Positions 49,986 to 62,559 of a DNA stretch of 64,000 bases are shown here, piece by piece. The position numbers were made by a program, and so were the translations under genes. Under the pieces are notes generated by a model. That model was given only the letters and a program-made list of their open reading frames with translations, was not told where the DNA came from and made no database searches. Within the stretch, counting starts at the first letter, position 1; each line of letters opens with the position of its first letter. The DNA is from Stegostoma tigrinum (taxonomy: Eukaryota), in assembly GCF_030684315.1 (NCBI RefSeq), contig NC_081400.1, positions 3,527,795-3,591,794 on the forward strand. Reading direction: 5' to 3'.

Positions 49986-51027
49986 TGAAGTTGATTCTTT
50001 ACATTTTCCCATTGCATTTATTAATGATTGTTTTATGTTGATGGCCCCATGCTCTTGCCTCTCAACCTTATCCCGGTTCCAAACTATACCCAACACCAGA
50101 TCTGTGATCTGGAAGACGTTAGATTTTGGAAAAGGATGCCATTAGCACGCATGTGTGCATTTTAATAATCTCATTCCATACATTTTAGGTGATGCTCAAT
50201 GTGTATCTGTGTTTAACTCAAGCCATAAATTTCAAATGCTACATTTTGAGAACACAAGTTGATTTTATTTTGCAGCACACTTTGCTCGCGGGATAACTCA
50301 GATGGTACATCTTCACACAAGTCAATCGAGTTAAGAATGTTAGCCTCTACTGGTAACTATATTCATAAAGAAAATTATGCATGTTTTCAAAACAGACAGC
50401 TAATTCTGTCAGTGTGTGTGCTTATCACTGGTTACAAAAAGTCCAATCTCCTGACATTAAAGCATTTGCTCATTTCCCATTGAATGTGCAATAGCTGCAG
50501 ACACATCAATGCCATCTGAAAGAGGTCAATAAGCTACCATTTTGCCTGAAAGAAAGGAAATTAAACAGGGTGAACCTCTCAACATGGACCTCAACACTGG
50601 TAATGTCAAGGTGGGGGTGTTGGGGGTGAGATTCCAGGCTAACGTGACATGCTGAAAATGTGCTAGATGTATTAATTTTTGAGGCGATTAGTTGGGTGGA
50701 GTTTGAAAGAGAGTAGTCCCACTACAATTATCAATGCAGTGTCGAGATTAAGTGGAGAGATTCTTGTTGACAGATTCGAAATCCAGGCTCGACTTCTGCT
50801 GGAAGAGGGTGCAGCATTACCCTTGCTGCTAGGAGGCTCAATGACAGATATACATCCTCGACCATGCTGCTGGGTTGCTGGGTTGCTCTGAAACCCATAC
50901 ATACACCTAATGTGGCTACTGGTCGTAGCTGTAACTCATAAAAACCCACATCCCTGACGCTTGGTGGCTCTGTGTTATGAAGAGGGGGAACTTCGCCGAT
51001 AATTAACATGAAAAACCAGCCCCAATT

Positions 51028-54000
51028 TGTTATGACGGGAGTAGATGTTCCTTTCTCATAATTAAATCCGAAATACCCAGAGACGCTCACCTTGCCCCTC
51101 ATCTTCTGTTAAAAGCGTAGTTAAATGAAGGAAATCCCTGATACTCATGTTATAAACAAACAGTAACAATTAATTTGATTTAACTCTAACAGTGAGCAAA
51201 TTAACGGAACTACTAACAAACCAAACAATTCCCACAATTCCACGTATTCCCTAACTGAGCAAAATCATACTGGTACACTTTTCTAATAAACGCAAGTCCC
51301 AATTATATAACCCAAGTAGTAAGAAACTAAAAAATTAAGACTTAGCATCTCAAAGTTCACACAGAGAGCATGTCTTCCACAGTGCTTTGCCTTCTCCGCT
51401 GTCTCTTCAGCCGATTTTCTGATGATCCTGCTGTCCAGGATGCTTTCTCGTTAATTTCTTCTGTGAGGACTCTTTGCTCGCAGTGCCATGGTGCATATGA
51501 TGTGGCATTTTCTTTTCGAGAGCTGTAATATTTGGTGTGAGAGTGAGGTTTACTTCTCAGATTGCAGACTCGCTTGCACTTCAGATAGCAGTGCACTCTC
51601 AACCCCGATTTTCAAAGTCCCCCTTCTTATATACCTCCAATGACACAACAGTTTTGTATAACATGATTGGTTACAAGTTGTCAAAACCATCTGTGTTAAT
51701 TCAGCTGGCTTTCAGTTGCTGAGTGCATGCTTTAAATGAATTGGCTGAGTCCAGTTTATTGCCAAAATGCCAAAACAAAACTATTGTTTTATCCACCAAC
51801 TGTAAGGCCTTTGGTACACTTGTTTCAGTTTAGTGCTTTCTGAACAGTACTTCCAAACTTCCAAGCACAGACAAAACACAATTTGTTAAACAGTCTATTT
51901 ACTGCTTTTCCCCACTATCATTTATACAAACAATTTCTAGCTAGCTGCTTTACAATTCATTGGCATTCTACACAAATCTGTAACACTTCCTGCTCAATAA
52001 AACCTTGACCATCATTGTAAAACGTTGGCTTAATTTTCTTTTTTCTAAATCAACACAATTAGCACGAAATACATAGGTCAGTATTCTAAAGCCATACTTT
52101 TCATACTACTTCTGCATATATGTAACATTGGACCAGTTCTGCCTAAACAACACATTTCCTTTAAACCCAAGATAACGCATCTGCAATAACATTTTACGAC
52201 CTCAACATGTACAATCTATAAATTAAAACCCTGTAACATAAGACTCCAAAGAAATAGCCCGATGTCTTTGCCTTAAATCTTTCCAAAAGGATGAGAGTGT
52301 TGTGGTCTGTAAAGAACTGTCTCTGGAACATTGTTAGTAACATAAACAGTGAAATGTTGTCAGGCCAGCACCAAACTCAATCATTCTTTTTCAATGGTGG
52401 AGTATTTTCTCTGATGGACATTGCGTTTCTTTGAAAAGTAAGAATTGGACCTTTGAGTTCCACCAATATCCTACTGCATCAACAAAGCTCCTCTCCAGAT
52501 TACTTTAGTGTCGAAAGTTACTTTAAAGGGTTTCAAGAAATTTGGTGTGGTGATTAACACAGCTTTTAAATTCCCAAATATCTGTTGGACATTGTTACAT
52601 CCACAGACATTTCATATTCTTCTTCGGCAAATCCACCAGTTGTACCACCATGCCATGAATGTTTTGTGTAAACTTCTGGTGGAGTCCAGTCAGTCACAAA
52701 GATCAACACACCTTTTTCTTTGAGAATGGTCTTGGAAATTCCTTGATAGCCTTCATCCTGGCGTTCCTTGGGCTCATTCTCCCATGCCTAATGCTGTGAC
52801 CCAAGAATGTCACTTCTGCGTCCACCAATTCAGTTGTTGCCAAAGTTATAACCAGTTTTGCCTCCCATAGTCTTTCAAAGAGGTCAGCCAATTGCACAAT
52901 GTGATCGTTCCAAAAATGGCTGATGATCACTAAGTCATCTATATAGACGACACAATTAGTCAATCCTGCTACACTCTGGTCCATTCTTCATTCCAAAGGG
53001 CATTACTTTAACTTGATACAGCCCATTTGGTGTTTCAAAAGCAGAAACTTCTTCTGCTGTCTTCAACAAAAATACTTGTCAGTATATGTGGTAATTCTGG
53101 TTGGTTCGCTCATCAAGCTAGTACATTAGTTTGCAAACGTTTCATTAACCTGTTGGGAAACATCATCAGTGCAGCCTCCGGTGTAGCATTGTTCTATTTT
53201 CCCGCTTGACATGTATGAGTTGATCACCTCGTTTCCGGTTTTTCTTTGCAGTGGTGTATATACAGAGTCTATTCAAGAACACCAACTGGCAACAAAAAAA
53301 CATGACCAATACTCACTCATCTCCAAGCATACAGACAAGCAGAACCACCAGTTCAATAAGGACAACGTCAGGATCCAATGACAAGCCAAGCAGAGACAGG
53401 TACGGGAATTCCTGGAGGTGTGGTTCTCCACCAAGAAGGCTATCAAAAACACATACAATTGGACCCTTTATACACACCACTGCAAAGGAAATGAAGTAAT
53501 CAACTCCAACATGCCACAGAATTTAAATAGCTAGCGGGAAAATACAACAAATCTTCAACAGAAGCTGCTCTGATGATGTTAGCCAGCAGAGTAATGAAAC
53601 GTCAGCAAAGTAATGAACCAGCTTGGCAAGCGAGCTAACCACAGTATCCAAAACCCGAACTACGAATCAACTCGAGTATTAAACCGTGCAGTAGGTCCAA
53701 TTTTGGTATATAAGTGGCTGGTCCTACTTTTTCCATTCAGTCCTCGAGCTTTGGAATTGAGTACAAGTCCAATTTAGTTATGGCATTGAACTTGTCAAAA
53801 TCCATGCAGAATCGCCAAGTGCTGTACTGTCAGATTTGGGAACCAACATAATTGGCAAACTCACTTGCTTTGATTCAGCTCAAAAAAGTCTTCTAGGAGC
53901 ATGACTTCACTTCCTTCGGCACCTGTTTGGCTTTGAGAGCCTGCATGGGCGTGGTTCTATCGGAACAGCATTCCCTACTTCAAACTCATGTACTGTAATC

Positions 54001-55530
54001 CTCCCATTCTGTTCCCACATATATCCTCACGAAGCTGCAACAAGCCTTTAAATTCAGTTCTCTGCTCCTGAAACAGATAGCTCATTATACTCTCCCATTC
54101 TCCAAGGACTTCTTCATTATTTAATTTATTTTGAGGAACATTAAAACACAAATCACATGAATTTGATTTCTCACTCTGAGGGGCAGTGACTAATACCTGT
54201 TTTTCTGGTTGCTTGTGCCTGTCATAGTATGGTTTCAACATATTCACATGGCATCTTTACCAGATAATTCACCTGACTCAGCTTATGCTCATTTTCTAAA
54301 CATTGCTTTGGAGAGATTTCCTACCACTGGTAACAGCGCCAATATGTTATCCCTTCGGGAAAATGGCACAATTTTAGATTTCTTATCTGTTTCTTGCTTC
54401 ATTAGATGCTGTGTCACCTTCAGATGTTGTCTAGCCAATTCGCCAACTCTGGTTAACCTTTCTCTCACATCATCCAAACTGTACGATCTCTGGCTTCAGA
54501 TTTATCGACTTTCCCTTAACTAATATTAAAGGCCTTCTCACTTTGTATACGAATATCAACTCAAATGGAGTAAACCGAGTTGATTCATTCGGGGCATCTC
54601 TAATGGCAAATAATATAAATGGTGTACTTTTATCCGAATCATTTGACAATAAATCCTGTCAATAAGCCCTTGGCATGGTTTTCTGGGACTGATGTCACTC
54701 TACCAACGCTCACTCGGATTCAGGATGGTATGCATTCGATTTAAAGTATTTGAAGTTTATTCTATGCATGACCTTCTGAAAAAGCTTGGCAATGAAATTG
54801 GACCCTTGGTCTGACAGAATCTCCCTGCGTAGGCCACAACGGGTAAAGTTAGCAAACGACAGCCTTTTTGCTTTGACATTCCATTGTTGAATTGTCTCTG
54901 TAAATCTGGTGGGCACACACATTAATGTTCACAAATATTGGTTCCAATTATTTGTTCTATGAAGTAGACCTACACAATCAGTTGTAACCCATGTAAAAGG
55001 TTCTTCAAATGCAGGATTTGCCATCACAGGTGCTTGTGGCTGTGGCTTTCCTACTATTTGATAAGTATGACAGGTATGGCAGAATTCAACGGCATCCTTA
55101 TGCAATCCAGCCCCACAGAACTGTTTATGTATGTTACCCTTTGCTTTCTTCAATCCTAAATGACATCCATCAGGTTGTTTGTGTGCGATCTGTAATATGT
55201 TCCATCTGTACACTGCCAGCAACACAATCTAGTGAATTTGTGCAAGCCTCACAAGGTTTCCATTTCCACCTTAAGATTCTGTCTTTAAGACAATAACACT
55301 CGGGAATACACTCTGATTCCTTTTCTGAGTAGACTTTACGATATAGATATTTTATTGTCTCATCTTGTGTAATATTTGAAAACTAAACACCTCTGCTGAT
55401 CCTCTACATGTTCAGCTTTTCCTTTACTATTGCATCAAACCGGGTGTCAGCTAACTGGACCTCAACTCCTTCATCTTTCTCTTTAGTTTTCTTCTTCTTG
55501 CTGTGACATATGACTATGGTATGTTTGAAT
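51028..55530 (-). mobile_element. Degenerate Gmr1-like Ty3/gypsy LTR retrotransposon (integrase, then RT, RNase H; LTR ~51028-51985)
   Basis: Minus strand: H..GCHLG..C..C zinc finger, PFEEPF..DCVG, SDQGSNF, AYHPES, then VYIDDLV, FLGH, and a TDHN-like RNase H motif; LTR bounded by TGT...ACA. Confidence 0.85.
53210..53670 (+). mobile_element. Penelope-like 3' fragment nested in the gypsy RT, with a hammerhead motif at 53566-53607
   Basis: GIY-YIG C-terminal remnant, then ugcu-CUGAUGA-u-guua...uaau-GAAA-CGUC-agca. Confidence 0.75.
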
Positions 55531-55556
55531 ACACAGTCCGGATGAACAGAAGCTCC

Positions 55557-55864
55557 ACTGAACCAAACACCCAGCACCTTCAGGTAGTCTGTCCTGACGG
55601 TGAAGGGGATGAAGGAGCGGTCGTCCCAGTTCCCGAAGAACATGACCTTGCTCTTACCCCTATTGACTTTGGCACCCGAGGCCAGTTCAAACTGGCCGCA
55701 GATGTCCAACAGCCTACTCACCGACCGACGATCAGAGCAGAAGACGGCGACATCGTCCATGTAAAGGGAGGTATGGACCTGAAGGCCTACACTGCCTGGG
55801 ATAGGCATGCCCTTCAGGCTCACGTCCTTCCTGATGGATGCGGCGAAGGGCTCCACACAGCACC
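55557..55864 (-). mobile_element. Tx1-clade RT fragment nearly identical to ~58664-58970
   Basis: CCVEPFAASIRK..LYMDDVAVFCSD..ASGAKVNRGKS..YLKVLGVWF. Confidence 0.9.
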
Positions 55865-55879
55865 ATATAAATAGCATTG

Positions 55880-57196
55880 GTACGAATGGCACAACTAGTT
55901 ACTGCCCCTGAGAGAAAATTGACGGATTGCTGATGGATGAATCTGCGAAAGAAAAGCACAGAACATTATGGAAGATACAGAACCTGGCTGTAACTTCAAG
56001 GCACAAATTCTATATTTTTACATAAGTAGGTTTTGTATTTATTGGAACAACGTACCATTTGAGTTTTTGTTTATTTGGGCAGAGGTAGAAATTAGAAGGG
56101 AATTATTTGGTTTGTCAATACTGAAGTGAATTTGTTCACTGTTAGAGGCAATTAAACACATTTTTACTTGTTGAGTTTGAAGTGAATGTCAGAGATTTCT
56201 TTTATTTAACTACAGGAAGTTGCTGAAAAACAGGTTCCGCCACTCTTCACACTCCTTTTATAGATTCTAGTGCAAATGCTCCTCTTTGGGTGTTTAGGTT
56301 TTAGTTTTCAGAGGGGATCAACCTCCACTTTATAACAGACTGTGTCTCGTCCATGTTTTGACCAGGTTTGAACAAATTTAGGGGACAAACGTTTCTACCT
56401 AATTTAAGCAGACTGGGGTCCTATTGGCTTAGATCTTTAAATAAAACTCAAGCCAAAAATCTTTTAAAGTCATCTGTTTATTGTTCATGAAATCAAAACT
56501 GGAGTATTGGCTCTCTCAGTCACTGAGAGTTTTCTGTGTGTGGAAGAAGTGACTGGGTGCTTTACAAAAGGTGAGCAAACAAAAGCTGTTGCAATTGGTT
56601 GGGAAGCTGAAGTTGGGGTTGCCTTTGTCTGTGAGAAATGGAGAGACAATTACAGCAATGGTTCGACATTTAAATTTGCTGGAAATGCCATCAGAATCGT
56701 TGGAAATGGCTACAATTCAATTGTGGATGAAGCAACTTGAACATGAAAGAGGACTGATTCATCGTGAATTACGGTTAAAAGCAGAGGGAAGAGGAAAGGA
56801 AAGAGTTGCTGTAGCAGAACAAAAGAAAGTAGCAGGGCGGTCCGAGCAGAAGAAAGGGAAAGAGAGATAGCATTTGAACTACAGAAGTTGGCAATTAGAC
56901 AGGAACGTAGACATAGAAGGATGGATGTGAAGGTAGAAGGTGGGCATGTGAGGATGGTAACAATGATAAGCAAACCTATTGTAGCCAACTGTCTAGTATG
57001 GATACATATAAAATATTTAGAAGCCTTTTCTTTGAGATATTGGTTAACAGATGAACTGCCCAAGTTGAAGGCAGGACTAACAAGTTGTTTCCTGCACTGT
57101 CAGAGGAGATTACAGAAGGATATGAAGAAGTAAAATAACTTATATTAAGCCCGCACGAATTGGTACCAGAAATATATAGACAACAGTTCAGGGAAC
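55880..57196 (+). mobile_element. Gmr1-like partial LTR/leader and gag N-terminus, oriented opposite to the pol block
   Basis: SKQKLLQL..KLKL.LP, E/K/R-rich coiled coil, ..ELVPEIYRQQFR. Confidence 0.7.
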
Positions 57197-57250
57197 TGGA
57201 TGAGAGTTTGCTCGCTGAGCTGGAAGGTTAGTTTTCAGATGTTTCGTCAC

Positions 57251-60200
57251 TTTTTTTTATTTTAAAAAATATACTTTATTCATAAGATGTACAAAAAATA
57301 AAACATATTTATGCAGCTACCCAGTCATGCAAGCCGCTCCGAGTTACCCAGGGGGTACATACACCAACTAAAGGGAAAAAAAACAAAGAAGAAAAAAAAC
57401 AAAGCAAAGAAAATACCCCGGCAGTCGTCTCCCTGCACAGTCCCAGTTGGCCCCCTGGCCAGTTGGGGAGGGCGCCAGCTGGGCCCAGTTACCAGACAGG
57501 GCCCTTTTTTATATTCTGGATGAGGGGTTTCATACCGTGGCCTTTCCCCACCGTGCCTTGGCGGCGGCTGCTCCAAGCTTTAGCGCGTCCCTCAGCACAT
57601 AGTGCTGGACCTTGGAGTGCGCCAGTCTGCAACACTCGGTCGGGGTCAGTACTTTCAGCTGGAAGACCAGCAAGTTGCGGGCAGAACAAAGAGTGTCTTT
57701 CACTGCATTGATGGTCCTCCAGGTGCAGTTGATGTTGGTTTCAGTGACCGTCCTGGGAAACAGCCCCTCGAGCACGGAGTCTCGCATCACGGAGCTGCTC
57801 AGGACGAACCTCAACAAATACCTCTGCATCGCCCTCCAGACCTTCTGCGCATAGGCACACTCCAGAAGGAGGTGTTCGACAGTCTCGTCCCCCCCCCCTC
57901 CCCCGCAGCCGCCTCGACGGCAGCGTGCGGTGACGCAGAGATTCCAGGCATGAATAAAGGATCTCACTGGCAGAGCCCCTCTCACCACCAGCCAAGCAAT
58001 GTCCTTGTGCTTGTTTGAAAGTTCTGGCCATGAGGCATTCTGCCAAATGACTTTGGCAGGTTGCGTGGGGAACCACACGACGGGATCCACCCTCTCCTTT
58101 TCCCGAAGGGTCTCGAGGATACTACGTGCTGACCACTGCCTGACGGCCTTGTGGTCAAAGGTGTTTCCCTTCAAAAATTTCTCCACGAAGGACAAGTGGT
58201 ACGGGACGGTCCAACTACTCGGAGTGTTCCGCAGCAATGAGGCCAGGCCCATCCTTCGCAACACTGGGGACAGGTAGAACCTCAGTAAGTAGTGACACTT
58301 GGTGTTTGCGTACTGAGGATCTACGCACAGCTTGATGCAGCCGCACACAAAGGTAGCCGTCAGGGCGAGGGTGGTGTTCGGTACGCCCATTCCCCCATTT
58401 TCCAGGTCTTTGTACATGGTGTCCCTGAGGACCCGGTCCATCCTCGACACCCAAATGAAGTGGAAGATGGCCCGGGTGACTGCAGCGGCGCAGGTCCAGG
58501 GAATAGGCCAGGCCAGCGCCACATACAACAGTACCGAAAGCCCCTAGCACCTGACAACCAGGTTCTTACCCACGATGGAGAGGGACTGAAGCATCCACCT
58601 GCCCAGCTTCTGTTTCAGTTTGGTGATACGCTCCTCCCAAGTCTTAGTGCACACCCCAGCTACACCGAACCAAACACCCAGCACCTTCAAGTAGTCTGTC
58701 CTGACGGTGAAGGGGATGAAGGAGCAGTCGTCCCAGTTCCCGAAGAACATGACATTGCTCTTACCCCTATTGACTTTGGCACCCGAGGCCAGTTCAAACT
58801 GGCCGCAGGTGTCCAACAGCCTACTCACCGACCGACGATCAGAGCAGAAGACGGCGACATCGTCCATGTACAGGGAGGTATGGACCTGAAGGCCTACACT
58901 GCCTGGGATAGTCACGCCCTTCAGGCTCATGTACTTCCTGATGGATGCGGCAAAGGGCTCCACACAGCACATCAACAAGGCAGGACAGAGCGGGCAGCCC
59001 TGCCTGACTCCAGATCTGACGGGAAAACTGTCCGATTCCCACCCGTTGATCAAGACTGCGCTAACGATGTTGGTGTAGAGCAGCCGGATCCAATGGCGGA
59101 TGTCCTCCCCGAACCCCAATTTGGAGAGGATGTCCCTCATGTAAGCATGAGAGACCATGTCGAAGGCCTTCTCCTGGTCCAGGCTGATGAGGCAGGTGTC
59201 CACCCGCCTGTCCTACACGTAGGTGATCGTAACCCTGATAAGCGCGAGGCTCTCAGCGATCTTCCTGCCTGGCACAGCACAGGTTTGGTCAGGGTGAATC
59301 ACCGACTCCAGGACAGGCCTGACCCGGTTGGCTATGACCTTGGCCAGGATTTTGTAGTCCACGTTCAATAGTGAAATGGGACGCCAATTCTTAATTTCTT
59401 CCCTCTCCCCCTTCCTCTTGTAAATGAGGGTGATGATGCCCTTCCTCATGGACTTGCACATTTCCCCTGCCCGAAGCGCACTATCGTACATCTCCAGCAG
59501 GTCCTGGCCGACCAGGTCCCACAGAGCGGAATACAGCTTGACCAGTAAGCCGTCGCTCCCGGGAGTCCTATTCCTCTCCAAGGACTTGAGGGCTCTGGTC
59601 AGCTCTTCCAGGGATATCGGCCGGTTTAGCCACCCCCTTGTGCTGTCGTCTAAGACCTCCGTGATAGACGACAGGAAAGACTCAGAGGACATGCTGTCCG
59701 TGGGCTTCATGTCATACAGTCCAGCATAGAAGGATCTGCTGATCCTCAAAATGTCGGGCCGAGACGACGTCACTGAGCCGTCATCCTCCTTCAGCCGGCT
59801 AAGCACAAAGCTCTCTTTGTGCACCTTCTGAAAGAAGAAACGCGAGCACGTCTTGTCCTACTCCATGGAGCAGACTCTGGACTGGAAGATTATCCTGGAG
59901 GACTCGGCGGCAAAGAGCGAGGCTTGCTGGCCCCTCACCTCGCGGAGGTTCTCTGTGACATCGACCCCCATCAACTGTCGAAGGAGCAGGTTCTGCACCC
60001 TTTTCTGGAGTCGTGACAGCTTTCTCCGCCTCACTCTTGCCTTCCGAACACACTTGAGGACAAAGAACCTCTTGATGTTCTCCTTCACCGTCTCCCACCG
60101 CTCGCCCGGAGACTCATAGAGGGGTTTCATCGTTCTCCAACTGGCGTACTCCCTCTTAAGCTCCTCGACGTTCTCTGGGGTCAACAGAGTCGTGTTGACC

Positions 60201-62539
60201 TTCCACGTTCCCTTGCCGGCCAGTTGGTCGTCCTGTAAGTGACAGTTGGCCAGCAGGAGGCAGTGGTCAGAGAAGAACACCGGCTCAACGCCGGTGGACC
60301 TGACTGAGAACGCCCGTGACACAAACAGGAAGTCTATCCTTGAGCGAATAGACCCGTCTGGCCGCGACAAGGTGTACCTCTGCTGCGCTCCATCTGCAGG
60401 GGTGCTGAAGACGTCGAGCAGCTTGGTGTCCTTCACCGTGCCCATCAGGAATCTGGACGTGACGTCCAATTGATTCTCCCCACCCGCTGTCCCCACGCCG
60501 GATCTTCCATCTGCATCGATGATGCAGTTGAAGTCTCCGCCTATGATGACCGGCCTGGACGTTGCCAGCAGGGTTGGAAGCCGCTGCAGGACGGCCAACC
60601 GCTCACTCTGTACCGCTGGGGCGTACACGTTGATCAGCCTCAGGGGAGCGTTCCTGTAGGTGACGTCAGCAACTAGGAGGCGCCTCCCCATCACCTCCTG
60701 AACTTGAGAGATGGTGAAGTTGCGCCCCCGCAGCAGAACAGCCAGGCCCGAGCAGCGCCAGTCATTACCCCCCGACCAGATCGAAGGCCCACAGGTCCAG
60801 GCGTCAGAACATTTCCCGTACCTGCTGAGGTGCGGTATCCCGCACTCCTGCAGAAACAGGAGGTCCGCCTTGACGGTGGTCAGATAGGCCAACACAGACC
60901 CACATCTTGCGGTGGACTTGACGCTGCGCACATTAATGCTCGCAACTCGTACCCCCATTGTGGGCAGTGACCGCAGTACACTCCCCAAGTCCAAGGCCCA
61001 GCCCCTCCATCTGTCCCTTCGTGCCTATTGCCGGGGTTAACTGCTGGACGCTCTCCGGGCTCAGGAAATAATCTGTGCTGCCTTCTGGGTGGCATTCCGC
61101 CGTCGGGGGTACGGAGGCAGGAGAGGCCGGCTCTGCGTCAGGCTGGGGACGAGCTGTTTCCTCCTTCCCGCCTGCAAGTTCCAGGGGGCCCTCCAGGGCC
61201 CCAGCAGCACGTCACTGGGTGTCGGAGGGAGCCTCAGGATGCCTCCCGTCACCTGGAAGCCGGGTGCTGCTTTCCTTCTCCCATGGGATCTTTAGCTTCT
61301 TCTTTGGGCAGGGCCTCTCCGAATCTCCCTCTTCAGAGGAGCTCTTATTGCCCCCCTGTAGCTGCCTCTTCCCGCCTGATGGTTGTGGTTCCTGGGCCCG
61401 CCAACGCGCCTTCCTCCTCGCTTTCTAGACCGTCGTCCACTCCCCTGGGTCACCTGTCGTCACCTCCATCGACTCCGGGTTGTTGGGGCGGGGAGCGCAG
61501 CCTGGTGGGGCACTTTGCTGGCCTCGGGCCCATCCTGTGGGGCTGGGCCCTCCTGCACGACCTGGCCCTTCTGCACATTAGTGGGGTCCTTGAAGGGCCC
61601 TGGTGCCTTCCTCTCCTCTGGGGCAGCTGACCCCGCATTGCCCCTGCCGGCGACCTGGGCCTAGGTGGTCCCCCGCCGTGGGCATGCCCTATAGAGGTGG
61701 CCTGCTTCCCCGCAAAGGTTGCAGCTTTTTTCTTGTGGGCAATCCTTTGCAAGGTGTCCCTCCTCCCTGCATTTCCTGCAGATGGTGGCTTTGCAGTCAG
61801 CCGCCACGTGACCTGACCTACCACAGGCATGGCAGACTTTATGTTGCCCTGCGTAGGTCAGGTAGCCCCTGCTCCCGCCGTTCGCAAACCTGGACGGTGG
61901 GTGTACAATGTTCCCATCTGCGCCCATCCTCAGCGTCACCTTGACCTGCCTCTTACTGGTCCAGGTGCCAAAGTGGTCCATGATGTCAGTTAGGTCCCCT
62001 TCCACCTTCACATACCTTCCAAGAAAGGTCAAGACATCAACTGCTGGCACATGCGGGTTGTACATGTGTACAGTCACCATAGAGTTCCTCTGCGCTGACA
62101 TAAAGAACAGCGGGACAGCGGTCAATACAAAGAGGGGGCTCTCACCTCCTTTCTCCTTGAAAACCTCCAGGAAGCACTCACAAAGCTTGGCACTCCTGAA
62201 GGTCACATCGTAAAAACCTTCTCCAGGGAAATCCTGCAGGCAGTAAATGTCCGCAGCAGCGAACCTGCAACAGTCCAACAGGACCCACTTCATGAAGAAG
62301 GTGCGGTCCACAGGTGCACCTTCATCCACCTTCTTTACGGAAACACGGATGGTGTTCCGGACCCCCTGACCTGGGGCACGAGCACTCGCCGCAGCCATCG
62401 TTGCAGGTTGGCTGCTCCCCTGAACCAGCGTTAGGCCGAAGCCAGCATTAAGATCCACTGGTGCAAGGGTGCACAGCCAACCCGACGTCTTCCTTTCATC
62501 TCCAACCCAGCACTCTCCTCCTCTCGGTCCACAAGAGAG
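57251..62539 (-). mobile_element. Near-full-length Tx1-clade L1-group non-LTR retrotransposon with several stops and frameshifts
   Basis: A-rich tail at 57251; ORF2 has APE endonuclease (ASINVR, LQEC, GGDFN, SRID, FSDH), RT (WRPISLLNVDYKI, DQEKAFD, GVRQGCPL, YMDD) and a C-terminal C..C/ETVEHLLLEC motif; ORF1 has CCHC knuckles. Confidence 0.93.
61661..62458 (-). pseudogene. Tx1 ORF1 (three CCHC zinc knuckles), probably prematurely stopped
   Basis: CHACGRSGHVAADC, CRKCREEGHLAKDC, CNLCGEAGHLYRAC. Confidence 0.85.
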
Positions 62540-62559
62540 TGGGTCTTTATTTTGTTCCA

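Noticed and set aside
58292-59371. 359-aa plus-strand ORF
   Set aside because: Antisense shadow of the GC-rich Tx1 ORF2.
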